The notes below the pieces were generated by a model that saw only the letters and a list, made by a program, of their open reading frames with translations, was not told the DNA's origin and ran no database searches. From a virus, in the IMG/VR virus record IMGVR_UViG_3300027861_000010: 64,000 nt of DNA. One strand, 5' to 3'. A program made the translations under genes and the position numbers. Numbering within the stretch: position 1 is the first letter of the stretch; the number at the start of each line of letters is the position of its first letter. This document shows positions 52,735-62,568 of the stretch, piece by piece.

Positions 52735-52795
52735 CCTTTGCGACAAAACGTCTGCGGGTGGCTCCGCGACTTAATCCGAATCAAGGAGTGATTCC

Positions 52796-53344
52796 ATGCC
52801 TAGTGTTTATTCAAGACAGCAAACTGGTTTTGGTGGCTCGTTTGCCTCCGACCTTGCTGCACTTACCATTGCGGGAAGCGTGACGCCTTTGGGCATCGTG
52901 CAGAACGTACAAGTTCAGTTCTCTCAGCAAATCGCTCGCATCTATGACGTCTCCAATGGCGGCACGGCGGGAGCAGCTGGCGGACTGGTTCCAGTTTTCT
53001 ACGTTGGTGGTCGAACTCAGGGGCAGGCAACCATTGCTCGCGTCCTGGGTCCGCAGTCGGGTGCTCTCTGCAACTTTTACGCAGAGATGGGCAACGTCTG
53101 TTCTCCACAAGATTTGACATTCACATTCAGCGGCGGTTGTGGTTCTTCAGGTGAGGGTGCAAGCCCGACCGAGCAGATTGATATTACGAACGCAACTGGC
53201 CCTGGCAACTTCAAGTCGGTAGCTTATACCATTGAAGCGGCGGTGATGACGAACTTGGGGATCCAGGTCGGTTCTCAGGACATGATCGTGAATGAAAACA
53301 TTTCGCTCATGTTTGCCAACCTCAAGTGCGAAGAAATCGCCTAA
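52796..53344 (+). CDS. Tail tube protein
   Basis: LGIVQNVQVQFSQQIARIYDV..YVGGRTQGQATIARV; follows sheath; AAGGAG RBS. Confidence 0.75.
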   Translation: MPSVYSRQQTGFGGSFASDLAALTIAGSVTPLGIVQNVQVQFSQQIARIYDVSNGGTAGAAGGLVPVFYVGGRTQGQATIARVLGPQSGALCNFYAEMGNVCSPQDLTFTFSGGCGSSGEGASPTEQIDITNATGPGNFKSVAYTIEAAVMTNLGIQVGSQDMIVNENISLMFANLKCEEIA

Positions 53345-53369
53345 CCAGGCAACACGAATCTGGCGATTC

Positions 53370-53383
53370 AAATTCCGGATTTT
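53370..53383. repeat. Palindrome copy AAATTCCGGATTTT (1 mismatch)
   Basis: Intergenic, between tube stop codon and terminator. Confidence 0.75.
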
Positions 53384-53387
53384 AACG

Positions 53388-53424
53388 AGGCTGGCCTGGC
53401 CCTACGCCGGGCCAGCCTTTTTTT
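53388..53424 (+). terminator. Intrinsic terminator after tube gene
   Basis: 13-bp stem AGGCTGGCCTGGC/GCCGGGCCAGCCT plus T run. Confidence 0.85.
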
Positions 53425-53462
53425 GGGTCTTGAACCCCTAAACGCACCGTAAGGTGAGATAC

Positions 53463-56249
53463 ATGCCAGTGAACCACGGTGCAAGCACCGATAGTAGGCC
53501 CGCGGTCTACAATGAAAAATCGACAGGAGTTTCTCCGAGCGATCAAGGACCTTTATCGGACCTGCAGACGCAACAGGAAGCTCAGCCGGTACTCGCACAG
53601 CAGAATGCTGGCGACCAGGCCAGTGATACGCACCACACGGCAGCTAATCAAGCCAATTCGCTTCAAGCCGACACTCCAATCCGAATGGGACGTGTCCTTC
53701 TCGCTCTCCCGTATGTCCACTGCTACAAGGTCCAACTGAGCGGACGCCAGGGAACTTGCATTGCCTCAGCCACGGCCCGCGAATCTCACATGCCGTTGGG
53801 CGTCAAAGCTGGCGAGGTCATTCCGCCGAACTCAACGGTTCTGGTTTGGAAGCCAAACACCGGGACGTTGTCCTACATCCTCGCGGTGATTCCAACTCCG
53901 ACGATGCATGATGACTTCAACGCGTCGGACCATCTCCAGCAAGGCGGCAACTCCGGCCCGAAGAAGGTAGAAGCCTACCGCAATATCGTTAAATCCACCA
54001 AGAATGCTCATGGTTGGGTGCCTCAATCATCAGGACGCCCAATGGATGGGCTCATTGGTGAATACTCTCGCATGTCAGAAACAGGCATTGGCCTGCTGAT
54101 CGACTCATTCCAAGCTTATCTTCGCGTCAATGAAGTCTGTGGTCTCTGGCTCAACTACTTCGATAACTACGCCAAGCTGGCTGCCCTCTCGTTGCAGGTG
54201 ATGTCGTATTGCGAACACAACATGCAGATGTACGACGAGGGTGAGCTGTTCTCGATGAAAGGTTACGCCACGTACCCCTGGGAAGCCACCGGGATGTACA
54301 GCGATGGCGAGAAGTTCTCCAAGACCAACGGAGCTGAAGAGGTCCAACTGGATAAGCAGTTTCCTTTTGCTCTTGAAGACATCGAAGATCACGCCCAAAC
54401 GCCGGTTTATCGGCTGACGGAATATACTGGTTACCTTGGGCAGGGCTTCAATCGCACGCTGATGAAGCCAGCCAAGGAGTCCGGCAAGCGGCTGCTTACG
54501 GACGAAGACAAAGATGTCGGGCTATTCCAGGAGTTGCTGGCCTTGGACGGCGGATATTCAATTCGCTCCGCCAAGCAGGTCACGATTGCCAAGTATCCTC
54601 TGATTCCAAACCCGCGACGAAAGCGGCAGGTTGAGGACGCTAAAGGCGACGACCTGACCGAAGAGAATGATTATCGTTTCAGCGGCAAGTTCGGCGGCGG
54701 CGATCAGCACAAAGTCAAAGAGTGGCAAGATGGTGACGTCTCTGAGTTGAAGAACCTGATGCGTCCGTCCGGCGTGCAGGATCTAATGGCTCACCATTAC
54801 AACTGGAAGTCAACGCACCCATTCGAGTACCACACGAAAGATTACGAGTACCCTGAGGAGGACGAGGGAAAACTTAGTTCGGTCAAGTTCTATCGTGGCA
54901 ACTTCGGACAATCCTACGTCGAAGTCGGCCCCGAGAGTCAACTAAAGATCGACGACAGGTACGACAACGTCAACTACTACAACACTGCTTCGTTCTTTTC
55001 GCTCACGGAAGACGGCAGTGTCGTCATTGGCGACGGGTACGGGTCTCAGATCACCATGACGGGCGGGCAAATTCGGCTCGAGGCCGGTGGTGACGTGATG
55101 TTGATGTCCGGTTCCCGGGTAGTGGCTCTAGGTAAAGAAGCTCTTGTTCGGGCCAAAGGTAGTGTCGACATTTCTTCCAGCGACAAAGATGTCCGCATCA
55201 AAGCTGAGAAGAACTTACAGATGCTGGGAGCCAACAGCGGCAGCGGCGGAGTGCTTATCGAGTCGAAAGGGAAAGGTACATCCCAGGATTACGATCAAAA
55301 GATCGGTGAAGAAGTTAATGCGTCCGGCATCGTGTTACTGTCCCGCGGCGGCAGCGTTAGCACTATGACCAAGACCATCTATCTTCGCAGTGGTGTAGAT
55401 GAAGGTAATGCCGAATCTACAGGAAATATCATCGTTGACTGTGCCAATGGTCGATCGAACCTGGTGTCGTACGCCAACGCCCACGCATTTTTCAATAGGC
55501 AAGGGCTGGGTATTTGGCACCAACCGCAGGGCCAAGACGACATCAACATCGACAAGTCGCACTTCTTCGGGCCATCGTTTGCCAAGATCAACGGACCTAC
55601 GGTGATGTCGAAGGACGTGGTAATCTGCGAGAGGGGAAGTCTTGGTGTTGATCGTAACATCTTTGCCAAGGGAAACATATTCGCCTTGAAGTCGATGGCC
55701 TGTAAGGACGGCTCGGTTGGAGACAGTTCAACAAATAACATTCCAGAAGACGTTAACAACTTCATTGATGAATCATGCAAATTCGCTGAAGGTGTTACTG
55801 AGTTTGGCTTGCCGTTCTTTGAGCATTACACGAGCTTCATTTGGATAGACAAGCAACCAGGCAATACCGATTTGTTGAACGACCACATAGGATTCTCCTA
55901 CCGGGATAAAAGTTCGGAGGGGGATACGGTGTATGACTACCAGTCGGAGAAGTTCTTTTTACTCGAAACTCGATGGCAACAGCTCGGACGTACGGGATTG
56001 GTATCAGGTGGGGGAGAAACTTGGACCGAGAAACCAGTAGAATACCAAGGCAACGAACTGTATCCCTGGCCTGGCAAGAAAAACTGGGTCGACCGGGATG
56101 CGTTGCTTCAGTATGAGAATCAAGGAGGATTTCTGTTGTTTGACACAGGCGGTTTCGCCAAAAGTCGTGAGGATACTCGCGAAGATTACGAAGAACCAAA
56201 GTTCAGTGACTGGAAGAAAGATCCATGTGACTCAACTTACAAGCTGTAA
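53463..56249 (+). CDS. Baseplate central spike (gp5/VgrG-like OB-fold plus beta-helix)
   Basis: GRVLLALP..CYKVQL OB-like start; SFFSLTEDGSVVIGDGYGSQITMTGGQIRLEAGGDVML beta-helix repeats. Confidence 0.6.
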   Translation: MPVNHGASTDSRPAVYNEKSTGVSPSDQGPLSDLQTQQEAQPVLAQQNAGDQASDTHHTAANQANSLQADTPIRMGRVLLALPYVHCYKVQLSGRQGTCIASATARESHMPLGVKAGEVIPPNSTVLVWKPNTGTLSYILAVIPTPTMHDDFNASDHLQQGGNSGPKKVEAYRNIVKSTKNAHGWVPQSSGRPMDGLIGEYSRMSETGIGLLIDSFQAYLRVNEVCGLWLNYFDNYAKLAALSLQVMSYCEHNMQMYDEGELFSMKGYATYPWEATGMYSDGEKFSKTNGAEEVQLDKQFPFALEDIEDHAQTPVYRLTEYTGYLGQGFNRTLMKPAKESGKRLLTDEDKDVGLFQELLALDGGYSIRSAKQVTIAKYPLIPNPRRKRQVEDAKGDDLTEENDYRFSGKFGGGDQHKVKEWQDGDVSELKNLMRPSGVQDLMAHHYNWKSTHPFEYHTKDYEYPEEDEGKLSSVKFYRGNFGQSYVEVGPESQLKIDDRYDNVNYYNTASFFSLTEDGSVVIGDGYGSQITMTGGQIRLEAGGDVMLMSGSRVVALGKEALVRAKGSVDISSSDKDVRIKAEKNLQMLGANSGSGGVLIESKGKGTSQDYDQKIGEEVNASGIVLLSRGGSVSTMTKTIYLRSGVDEGNAESTGNIIVDCANGRSNLVSYANAHAFFNRQGLGIWHQPQGQDDINIDKSHFFGPSFAKINGPTVMSKDVVICERGSLGVDRNIFAKGNIFALKSMACKDGSVGDSSTNNIPEDVNNFIDESCKFAEGVTEFGLPFFEHYTSFIWIDKQPGNTDLLNDHIGFSYRDKSSEGDTVYDYQSEKFFLLETRWQQLGRTGLVSGGGETWTEKPVEYQGNELYPWPGKKNWVDRDALLQYENQGGFLLFDTGGFAKSREDTREDYEEPKFSDWKKDPCDSTYKL

Positions 56250-56257
56250 GGAACCTT

Positions 56258-57196
56258 ATGATTGATCCAAACAAGATGTCCGATGAAGAGCGGAAAGTCT
56301 TGGAGGAAGTTGCCAAGGCCAAAGGTCAGACGCTTGAAGAGGCGTTGATTGACCTCGGTCATGCTATTACTCCTGCCCAAGACGAAACCGTTTCTCTCGA
56401 AGGACAATCTCAACCGGAGCCATTGGCCGCTCCTGTCATGGTTGAAGAGCCGATCGCTGTTGTCGAAGCTGATAACGCGGTAGCGGACAAGGACCTGACA
56501 ATTGAAGTGACTCCCGACGTCGATCCGCCCATGCCTCCAGCGGCAGAGGATGATGAACCGGAAGTAGAAGAGGAAGCTGAGGAGCCAGAAGATGAAGGCT
56601 TCGGCACCATCAAGCAGGTCTGCGTGCAGTGCGGTTGGGACCAGGATGAGCCTACGATTCCTGAACCAGAGCACAAAGATAAGATCGGTTTTCTGCAGTC
56701 TGTGTTAGGGCACAAGGTCTTCAGCAAGCGTTACTCTATGTTCGGTGGTAACCTTCGTGTTACCTTCCGATCCCTGACTGTTCGGGAAATCGACACGCTT
56801 TATCAGGAAGCTTTCCGAGCTCAAAAGGAAGGTCTGATTGCAACACCTGCCGACTATTACGAATACCTGAACCGGTTGCGGCTGTATCTGCAGATTCAGG
56901 GTTTCTCTGCTCAGTCGACGTCGCTTCACATTAAGTTGCCGGATGGGTTGTCGGAAGATACGCATCAAGGTGCGGCTTCTTACTGGGAACCGTTTCTGCA
57001 GAAAGCCAGCAAACTAAAAGAGGACGTACCGCTTATTAAACAAATTGAGGACTACGTGGTTGAGGAAGTCCTCAAGACTGAACATTTACAGCGAACCATC
57101 ACCCACGAATGCTCGAAGTTCAACAAGCTCGTAGCAAAATTGGAGGCCGCAGTAGACAATCCGGATTTTTGGAAAGAGACCGAGCAGCCGTCTTGA
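56258..57196 (+). CDS. Tail assembly chaperone (G-like)
   Basis: Upstream of tape measure; acidic N-region, CxxC, VTFRSLTVRE; ends just after a candidate slippery site. Confidence 0.6.
   Translation: MIDPNKMSDEERKVLEEVAKAKGQTLEEALIDLGHAITPAQDETVSLEGQSQPEPLAAPVMVEEPIAVVEADNAVADKDLTIEVTPDVDPPMPPAAEDDEPEVEEEAEEPEDEGFGTIKQVCVQCGWDQDEPTIPEPEHKDKIGFLQSVLGHKVFSKRYSMFGGNLRVTFRSLTVREIDTLYQEAFRAQKEGLIATPADYYEYLNRLRLYLQIQGFSAQSTSLHIKLPDGLSEDTHQGAASYWEPFLQKASKLKEDVPLIKQIEDYVVEEVLKTEHLQRTITHECSKFNKLVAKLEAAVDNPDFWKETEQPS
57156..57169 (+). promoter_or_regulatory. Palindrome copy ACAATCCGGATTTT that also contains candidate -1 slippery heptamer G_GAT_TTT (57163-57169)
   Basis: Codons CCG GAT TTT in the chaperone frame; the -1 frame is open to 57702. 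Confidence 0.6.
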
Positions 57197-57702
57197 CCCT
57201 TAGGTCGGCTGTGCGAGGTGTGGTGGATTACACCAAGACCGACCAGCACAATCCGACCTGGTGGAAACATTGGCGGTTTTTGATTCGAGCCATGGATGAT
57301 GCAGAATACGGTGATCTGCTACAACGGGCTTTCGAGTTTCAATTGGCTTTGGTCTCCAACCCCAGAATTTCAGCAGATGACTTCACCGCAACACAACGAG
57401 AAGCAAAGGAGATCTTTAGGGACATAGAGGGTGCGTTGCGGCCTTGGTTGGGACGTACAAAAGAAGACCGTAAAGCGGAAGAAACTAAGACTTTCAAGCA
57501 ACAGTGGGAAGAACTCGCCGGTTGGAGCATTGATGACAAAGATGCAATGGACGAGTGGGCTCAGGAGATTAAGCAACACACTGATGCTAAGCAGCAGGAA
57601 CGACTCAAGGATGAGCAAGAGGAAATGAATCGTCAAAGCTCATTCCACGCGAAGATTGAAGCTGTGAGACAGAAACGGCTCAAACAGCAAGGACGCAAAT
57701 AA
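57163..57702 (+). CDS. Tail assembly chaperone C-terminal extension (GT-like, -1 frame)
   Basis: ORF in the -1 frame relative to 56258-57196 with no good RBS/start of its own; ends adjacent to the tape measure start. Confidence 0.55.
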   Translation, partial: GFLERDRAAVLTLRSAVRGVVDYTKTDQHNPTWWKHWRFLIRAMDDAEYGDLLQRAFEFQLALVSNPRISADDFTATQREAKEIFRDIEGALRPWLGRTKEDRKAEETKTFKQQWEELAGWSIDDKDAMDEWAQEIKQHTDAKQQERLKDEQEEMNRQSSFHAKIEAVRQKRLKQQGRK

Positions 57703-60700
57703 ATGGACCCGATGCAACTACAATTGATGCAGCAAATGGGGCTGGGCCAAGTTCCAGGCATTCCCGGTATGCAAGCACCGCTCAGTGCGGGTGGTGCTGG
57801 TCAGTTGGCGATGATGTCGCAACCTGGAATGAGTCCGTACGCTCCTGCAATCGCAGGCAATGCGTTTCCTGATGTGTCGCCTTTGGCTCCCCTTCAACCC
57901 CAGCTGCAACAGTTTGGAATGATTGGGATGCTTGGAGGCATCGCCGGAAATGCGTACCTGACGAGCATGATGAAAGAGAACGGTGTCTTGCCTATGGGTA
58001 ACGCCGGTTCTTACATGCAGGCGTATCGGGCTCGCGAATTTCAACAGATGCAGCAAGCCGTGGGTCAACAAGTTGCCGGACAAGATTCCGAGAGCTTTTA
58101 CCGTACGTTCCGCGGCATGGCTGCCATGACAGGTATGCCCTTCAACAGGGAACAGCGGAGTGCTGCTCGCGGCTTGGCTAACACCATGGCCGAATACGGC
58201 CCGATGTTGGCGATGGCTGCTCCTGGATTGCTTGACGCCTTTGCTGGAGAGCGTGGAAGTGTCCAGGCCATGTCAGCTCAAATGATGGAGGCCAACCGTT
58301 ATCGGATGGATCCACTGACAGGCCGTATGGGTTACGGCACTGAGGCTAACGCTGACCTGGTGAACAACGTCTTCGAGACTATGTTCGACGAAGATAATAT
58401 GGCCCGAATGCAGGGGATGCGAGCAGGCGATATGGGTCAGCTGTATCGTCGCCTAGCTGGAGAAGGGTTGGCTGGTCCTCGCGGCAGCACTCAAGACCGC
58501 ACACTGTTGGCGTTGAATGCGGCCCGAGGTGCGGGTGAGCTTGAGGCTATCGGGGAAGAGGCCGGAGTCAACGTTGACGGCAACTTGGCAGCACTTTCCA
58601 GTGAAGACCTAACAAAGCTGCGGCAAACCAATTCAATGCGGCAACGGATGTCCGACTCCGATGCCCGACAAGTCTCGGACCAACTCCAGGACTATGTCGG
58701 TACGTTGTCGGCAATGCGTGAGGTGTTCGGAGAAAACGGTAATCCTAATGCTCCGATTCCGCAGTTGATCAATGCCTTGGAGTCACTGACCTCTGGTCAG
58801 ATGCATAAATTCGACGCGTCCCGCCTGAATACAATGGTTCGCGACATGCAGTCATTGTCTCAGATGTCTGGCAAGAGTGTTGATCAGATCCTGGCTATGA
58901 ATCAGACGGCTGCGGCCCAGGGTCACCAGTTCGGGCTAGGCACTACGTTTGCCCCAACCGCAACAAACGTCGGCTTACTCACTGGAATGGCTTTCCAACA
59001 GGAAGGCGGAGCGACAGGCTTCGGAGCTTTGAACCGGGAAGGTGCCGAACAAGCTGCGATGAGCTATTTCAATCGCGGTATGGCGTCAGAGATGGCCAAC
59101 ACGTTAGGAGCCCTTGGTCGCATCGAAGAGGCCGGGGGTTTTGCCGACAACGACGCCGGTCGCCGGTTGAGTGCCGTCATGGAAGCGGCCCGGGCGGGCG
59201 AGTCGACCTATATCGACCCCAATACAGGTACTGAGCGAGCTTTGCCGACCAAGGAAGCCGAGTTTCGGTCGTTCATTACTGCTGACGCTGTACCTGGGAT
59301 GAACCGGGCCAGCTTCAACATGATGTTGGCAGATCGTACGTCGAACCTTCGGATGCTAAATGAAGATCCGGAACTGCAACAGGCTGCATTCAATAACCAG
59401 GCTCGGGATATCAATAAAAACATTGCTCGGCAGATCGGCAATCGTCTATCGAGTGAAGATGCTCTGATGGATTCAGGGCTGGATGCTCGGGGTCGCAATG
59501 CCGCAGCCAGAGCGATGGGTACAGCTGCCACCCAAGCACTGGGCGATTTGTCGCCGCAGGATGTGCAGAATGCAGGCGTACGGAATCGAGCAATCGCAGA
59601 TGCTTTGATGGTTGAAGCCGGTAACCAGGGCGTGGAGATGACCGATAAGGAAGCCTTGACGATGGCTGCCGGAGCATTTGGTCAAGCTGAGAATGGTGCT
59701 CGTCGCTTTGGCTTCGAGTCCTACACAGCTTTCTCGCAGGTCATGGGTGATAATGTTTCAGGCGTACGGGCAGAACGTGCAGCTCAAGCTCGAGCCCGAG
59801 CAGGGGTTAATGAAGCGTTGTCTGGAATGGGACCACGCGGCGGCATCATGGAGCGGTTCTTCAGTGCTGTCCAGAAACAGGGCGACCGCGGCAGCGAAGC
59901 TAACCTGGAAACACTTATCCAGGATATGTTCGGTGCAGACATGGACCAGGCCAAGGAACGCCTGATGCCAGAGTTACAAGCCGTGGCTGATCAAAAAGAA
60001 GAGATCGACAGAATGACAGCAGAAATCGACGGAGCAACGCCTGCTCGTCGTCGGGAACTGCAACGCGAAATTAAACAGAAGACCAAGGACCTCAATGCCC
60101 GTGTCGTTGAACTGCGAGACATCGGCATGGATATGGGTATCGGTGGCGGCGAAGAAGTCTTTAACCGTGAAGACCTCTATCGGGCAGAAGACGCCAGTCG
60201 GGACCTTGAGAACATCAACCGAAGTGACCAGGTGCGTTTGCTTGCTGCTTCAGGTTCTGTGTCGGATGCTGAGCGAATAGCTATCGCTGACGCTGATCTG
60301 ACTCGGGCTGACTACGAGGCACTTGCTGTCTCAGACCGTCAAAAACAATTGGAAGAAGCCGACACATTGTCCGCTGGCGATATCGAGAAGCTGCCAGACG
60401 AAGTTAAGTCGCTGTACGAGAAACTGAAAGGGCGTGGTGTCACCGAGAAAGCCGCTCGAGCTCGCGTTAAGGAAGTGATGCGGAGTCGGGTTGGCGGAAC
60501 CGAAGACATCGCTATCGGTCTGGCAAACACTTACGGCGACGAGATGAAGGCCGGTGGACTGAGTAAAGCAGAACAAGATATGTTGGTCAGAAACCGACGA
60601 GCTGGAATGCAGATCGCTCCAAGCGATGCTGACATCGAAGATCGTATGGATTCCATGCGGGAGGTGATGCAACTACCTGCCAACGAAGACATGACGAGCA

Positions 60701-62559
60701 AGGAGCGGATCAGTTTCATGCGAATGGCTGAGGATCAGCTGTTGGCTGAAAATCAATTGCGTGCCTTGGGTCAGTTGGGAGAAGATCAGACTCTCAACGC
60801 TGACGCCGCTGACCTCGGACAGTATGGAGATTTGAACGTCGATCTGAAGCAGAAGCTGGTTGCAGCCAAGCCGGAAGAACGAGCTGAAATTGTCAAGAAG
60901 TATCTGGACCAACAACAGCTTGAGCAGTTCTACGGTAAAGATCCCGCAGAGATCGAGAAGAATCGCGTGGCTGCTGTGGAGCAACTGGGTACGGCTGCCG
61001 GACAACGTTCCATCAGCGACACCGAAGCTAATCTAGCAACGATGATGGATGCTCGTCGTGAGTTCCTTCTGGATGAAGACGCCGCGACTCGCTTGGGTGC
61101 AGCTCGGTCTGTCCGTGCAGTGAAGCGAAGTCGTGCAGCTGAAGAGGGACTACAAGATCTTGCCAACCGATACTTCAACGGTTCGGTCGGCAGCATGGTC
61201 AGCAGTGGTGGGCTGGCTATGGATGCCGAAGGTGCCGCTAAAGCTGAAGCTGACTTCGGGCGACTGACCGACGTTCAGAAAGAGACCGTTGCTGCTCGAC
61301 TATCTCAGGCTGGTCCAGAGGTTAAAGCTGGCGATCTGACAGCTCAGAACTACAAGGCGTACCTCGGACTGCAGGCTCGAGATTACACCGACGAATTGAC
61401 GGCTGCCAATGAAGAACTGTCCGGAGCAGCTGATCAGTCGCTGATGGCGGAAGAGCTTGGAGTGACACAGGAAGAACTCGGAGCCCTGCAAAAGCTGGCA
61501 ACGCTTGAAATCAGTGACGTCGAAGGAGCTGCCAAAAAGCTTGGCATGACGGAAGACGAATACCGTGAGGCCATGCGTGGTGGAGAAATCGACAAGAGTC
61601 TTCGATTGTTCTCCGGTGAAGATGCTGACAAGCAATTAGTCGCGGCCAAGTCAGACGAACGACGACTGAACGCCCTTCAGGTTCGACGGCAGAAGATTCA
61701 AGCCGAGCGGCAAACGGACGCCGGTAAGGATTCTGCTTCACTTGCTCGGGAAGAAGAGAGACTGACTGCTTTGATGGAGCCGATGCAGGAACGGCAGAAC
61801 AAGCGAATGGAAGATGCTGGACTGGATCCGAGCAAAGCTGAGGATGTCGAAACGTACAAGAAGCGACTCAGCAACCAGGGAAGCCTACAACAGCTGGAGA
61901 AGAAACGAGAAGAATACTTGACTCAGCGACAAGTCCTGAAGGATCAGGGAATGTCAGAAGCGGAGATCGACACACAGTTGGGATCCATGAAGGAGCGAGA
62001 AGAAGAAGCTCAGGCTCAGTTGAAGGCTTTCCGCGATGCTGATCTGGGAGCAACCGACTTGGCCTTGGCTGACGCCTTCGGTTTGGATACGACTGAAGTG
62101 ACAGACGAATTGACAGCCTTCAAGTCCGGCATCACTGATGCAGGACCTGGGGCGAAGCGTACGCAAGCCATGGTTGCACGAGCCTTGGACAAGGTTGGCA
62201 AGTTGGACATTGGCGATGCTGATTCAACCGCAGTTGAGAAGCTCGACATGCTGACCGATCAGTACCGAGATGCCTCCGCAGATGAACGCAAGGTCCTGGC
62301 TCAGAAACACGGCATGGACGTCAAGGATCTTGATCGCATGATGAGTCAGACCGAGTTCCTCGGTATGCGAGAAGATAAGGGTGATTACACCCAGGACGAT
62401 TTCAAGGATGCTTTGAAGCGAGTGGGCGGACGCGACGTTGAAGCAGAAGTCGCAAAGGAAGAGGAACGACAGATGAAGCTCACCGGTACGGTCAACATCA
62501 CAGGTGTTGTCAACGGTGAAGGTACGTTCCAGGACGCCCTGGGAGTCACCGTCAGGTAG
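57703..62559 (+). CDS. Tape measure protein
   Basis: 1618 aa, Ala/Glu/Gln-rich helical, follows chaperone pair, no Cys seen. Confidence 0.8.
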   Translation: MDPMQLQLMQQMGLGQVPGIPGMQAPLSAGGAGQLAMMSQPGMSPYAPAIAGNAFPDVSPLAPLQPQLQQFGMIGMLGGIAGNAYLTSMMKENGVLPMGNAGSYMQAYRAREFQQMQQAVGQQVAGQDSESFYRTFRGMAAMTGMPFNREQRSAARGLANTMAEYGPMLAMAAPGLLDAFAGERGSVQAMSAQMMEANRYRMDPLTGRMGYGTEANADLVNNVFETMFDEDNMARMQGMRAGDMGQLYRRLAGEGLAGPRGSTQDRTLLALNAARGAGELEAIGEEAGVNVDGNLAALSSEDLTKLRQTNSMRQRMSDSDARQVSDQLQDYVGTLSAMREVFGENGNPNAPIPQLINALESLTSGQMHKFDASRLNTMVRDMQSLSQMSGKSVDQILAMNQTAAAQGHQFGLGTTFAPTATNVGLLTGMAFQQEGGATGFGALNREGAEQAAMSYFNRGMASEMANTLGALGRIEEAGGFADNDAGRRLSAVMEAARAGESTYIDPNTGTERALPTKEAEFRSFITADAVPGMNRASFNMMLADRTSNLRMLNEDPELQQAAFNNQARDINKNIARQIGNRLSSEDALMDSGLDARGRNAAARAMGTAATQALGDLSPQDVQNAGVRNRAIADALMVEAGNQGVEMTDKEALTMAAGAFGQAENGARRFGFESYTAFSQVMGDNVSGVRAERAAQARARAGVNEALSGMGPRGGIMERFFSAVQKQGDRGSEANLETLIQDMFGADMDQAKERLMPELQAVADQKEEIDRMTAEIDGATPARRRELQREIKQKTKDLNARVVELRDIGMDMGIGGGEEVFNREDLYRAEDASRDLENINRSDQVRLLAASGSVSDAERIAIADADLTRADYEALAVSDRQKQLEEADTLSAGDIEKLPDEVKSLYEKLKGRGVTEKAARARVKEVMRSRVGGTEDIAIGLANTYGDEMKAGGLSKAEQDMLVRNRRAGMQIAPSDADIEDRMDSMREVMQLPANEDMTSKERISFMRMAEDQLLAENQLRALGQLGEDQTLNADAADLGQYGDLNVDLKQKLVAAKPEERAEIVKKYLDQQQLEQFYGKDPAEIEKNRVAAVEQLGTAAGQRSISDTEANLATMMDARREFLLDEDAATRLGAARSVRAVKRSRAAEEGLQDLANRYFNGSVGSMVSSGGLAMDAEGAAKAEADFGRLTDVQKETVAARLSQAGPEVKAGDLTAQNYKAYLGLQARDYTDELTAANEELSGAADQSLMAEELGVTQEELGALQKLATLEISDVEGAAKKLGMTEDEYREAMRGGEIDKSLRLFSGEDADKQLVAAKSDERRLNALQVRRQKIQAERQTDAGKDSASLAREEERLTALMEPMQERQNKRMEDAGLDPSKAEDVETYKKRLSNQGSLQQLEKKREEYLTQRQVLKDQGMSEAEIDTQLGSMKEREEEAQAQLKAFRDADLGATDLALADAFGLDTTEVTDELTAFKSGITDAGPGAKRTQAMVARALDKVGKLDIGDADSTAVEKLDMLTDQYRDASADERKVLAQKHGMDVKDLDRMMSQTEFLGMREDKGDYTQDDFKDALKRVGGRDVEAEVAKEEERQMKLTGTVNITGVVNGEGTFQDALGVTVR

Positions 62560-62568
62560 GAAACTGTT

